Virus genome (UHGV): UHGV-0094961
Source: a virus
Reading direction: 5' to 3' (one strand)
DNA: 38,929 nt
Shown here: positions 37,421-38,929 of the stretch, piece by piece
Position numbering within the stretch: the stretch's first letter is position 1
Layout: every line of letters starts with the position of its first letter
Program-made: the position numbers and the translations under genes
The notes under the pieces: model-generated
What the model saw: only the letters and a program-made list of their open reading frames with translations
Database searches by the model: none
What the model was told of the DNA's origin: nothing

Positions 37421-38929
37421 TGCACATAGATTTAGAGGTTCAAAACCATGAATATTACGGCTCTAAAGCAAGCCCATACTGCCCTGACAACTATGTTGTT
37501 GAGTCCGCATGGCGTATCGACACGACACAGGCTGACGGTACTACCACTGTTGGCGCGACTCAATCGGTGCGCTTCAATTCAAGAGCTGATTTCTTGGCGG
37601 GAAACAGTGCAGCAGAAGGCTGCCGGTGGTTTCATATCCCAGAGGATTGCTGGCTTATTGTTGCGCACAACGCAGCCTATGAGATTTCTTGGTTTCTCAC
37701 GTACCAGCGGCAGCAGTTTGAGGCCTTCCTCAAGCGCGGCGGCAGGGTGTTCTGCACAATGCATGGGGAATACATCGCCTCGGACTTTCAGAGCATGTAT
37801 CCGTCGCTGGACGAGACGGCTCCTAAGTACGGTGGTACGCACAAAGTAGACGGGGTTAAGCTTCTGTGGGAGCAGGGTGTGCTAACTTCCCAGATTGACC
37901 CGATGCTGCTGCATGACTACCTGGTTAACGGGGACATCCCGAACACGGCCCTGTGCTTCTACGGCCAGTGCGCTACGTTCGCCCAGCGCAATCAGATGCA
38001 GTACGTGTGGGAGCGTATGGATGCCTTGCTGGCTTGGGCGTACTGCGAATGGTTCGGCCTGTTCGTTAATATGCCAATTGCACGCAAGAACCAGGAGGAG
38101 CAGGAGCAGCGCATCCGTGAGATTAAGCAGGAACTGCAGCAGTACATCCCGAAGGACTTACCAGAGACGCTAGATTTCAACTTCGGGTCGGACTTCCATA
38201 TGTCAGCACTGGTGTACGGCGGGCCTATCAAGTACCGCAAGAAGGTGCCATATGACCCGCCGCAGTACGTCAAGGCCGACTTCTATAAGTACGAGGACGG
38301 AGAGGGTGCGCACACCTATATACCTGTACACGACACGCACATGCAAGAACTTCAAACGGAAGGCGGATGGTGGCGTGTAGTGACATATCGTGCGGGTAAG
38401 AACAAGGGGCTACCCAAAGTATTCCGCCTAGACACCGAGGAGGAGAAGCTAAGGTGGGAAGATGACCTTTACTTCTGCCCGGGCCTAGTGAACATACAGG
38501 AGCTGCCGGAAGTTATCCGGGAGAAGTATGCAGAGCGTGGAGAGTTCCGACAGGCGCGCACCATGCAGGACGGTACGCCAGTATACAGCACCAGCACTGA
38601 CGCAATGGAGGCGCTAGCCCGCCAAGGGTTCGAGTTCTGTAAGTTGGTGAATGAGCTGGCGGCGCTGGAGAAGGACACTGGAACTTACTACTTGCGTGAA
38701 GTTCTGGACGCAGAGGGTAAAGTCAAAGAGCGGAAGGGTATGTTACAGTACGTAATCCCTGAGCGTCCTGATGGTTCTGGCATCATACACCACCGACTGA
38801 ATACATGCGCCACCGTAACCGGGCGCCTGAGTAGCTCTAACCCGAACCTGCAGAACCTACCCCGACCGGATGAAGACGGGGATGGGGTAGCTAAATCCAA
38901 GGTGAAGCAGGTATTCACCAGCCGATTCG
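37420..38929 (+). CDS. DNA polymerase (family A, T7 gp5-like), 3' end beyond window; not in supplied ORF track
   Basis: Frame-1 ORF from ATG 37420 (overlaps HNH stop as TAATG) with no stop to window end; N-terminal 3'-5' exo-like motifs (MHIDLEV, IVAHNAAYE) and Pol I-type HHRLNTCATVTGRLSSSNPNLQNLP near 38790..38860. Confidence 0.8.
   Translation, partial: MHIDLEVQNHEYYGSKASPYCPDNYVVESAWRIDTTQADGTTTVGATQSVRFNSRADFLAGNSAAEGCRWFHIPEDCWLIVAHNAAYEISWFLTYQRQQFEAFLKRGGRVFCTMHGEYIASDFQSMYPSLDETAPKYGGTHKVDGVKLLWEQGVLTSQIDPMLLHDYLVNGDIPNTALCFYGQCATFAQRNQMQYVWERMDALLAWAYCEWFGLFVNMPIARKNQEEQEQRIREIKQELQQYIPKDLPETLDFNFGSDFHMSALVYGGPIKYRKKVPYDPPQYVKADFYKYEDGEGAHTYIPVHDTHMQELQTEGGWWRVVTYRAGKNKGLPKVFRLDTEEEKLRWEDDLYFCPGLVNIQELPEVIREKYAERGEFRQARTMQDGTPVYSTSTDAMEALARQGFEFCKLVNELAALEKDTGTYYLREVLDAEGKVKERKGMLQYVIPERPDGSGIIHHRLNTCATVTGRLSSSNPNLQNLPRPDEDGDGVAKSKVKQVFTSRF

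Noticed and set aside
37448-38173. Frame-2 ORFs 37448..37849 and 37895..38173
   Set aside because: They overlap the open frame-1 DNA polymerase reading frame, which carries recognisable polymerase motifs; translations are Arg/Ser/Cys/Thr-rich noise.
1-38929. Prophage or temperate lifestyle
   Set aside because: No integrase, repressor, excisionase or att-like flanks seen; organisation is that of a strictly lytic T7-supergroup phage.

Overview
The window reads as an almost complete genome of a lytic T7-supergroup podophage (Autographiviridae-like), with every credible gene on the + strand. It begins in the DNA-metabolism module (5'-3' exonuclease, HNH endonuclease, endonuclease VII-like, DUF3310-like), followed by a single-subunit RNA polymerase placed immediately before the structural module, as in phiKMV/KP34-like phages. 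The structural and late genes follow in canonical order: portal, scaffold, major capsid, tail tubular A/B, three internal virion proteins, short tail fibre, small and large terminase, a lysis cassette (lipoprotein with C-terminal TMD, pinholin-like holin, SAR-type GH24 endolysin) and a beta-helix tailspike. An ~870 bp non-coding, repeat-dense stretch (26830-27700) then separates the late genes from the early region, so the window spans the junction of the phage genome ends. The early region holds small overlapping ORFs of unknown function, further HNH endonucleases, a large acidic Cys-cluster protein, a metallopeptidase-like protein, primase, helicase and the 5' part of DNA polymerase, which runs off the window end. 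No integrase, repressor, tRNA, rRNA or CRISPR array was seen. The most interesting signals are an exact 17-nt motif present three times (candidate phage-RNAP promoter), a covarying hairpin motif upstream of three early genes, an ORF-poor island with a near-consensus sigma70 promoter, and the uncharacterised early proteins. All functional calls rest on motif recognition by eye and gene order; no database search or folding could be run.
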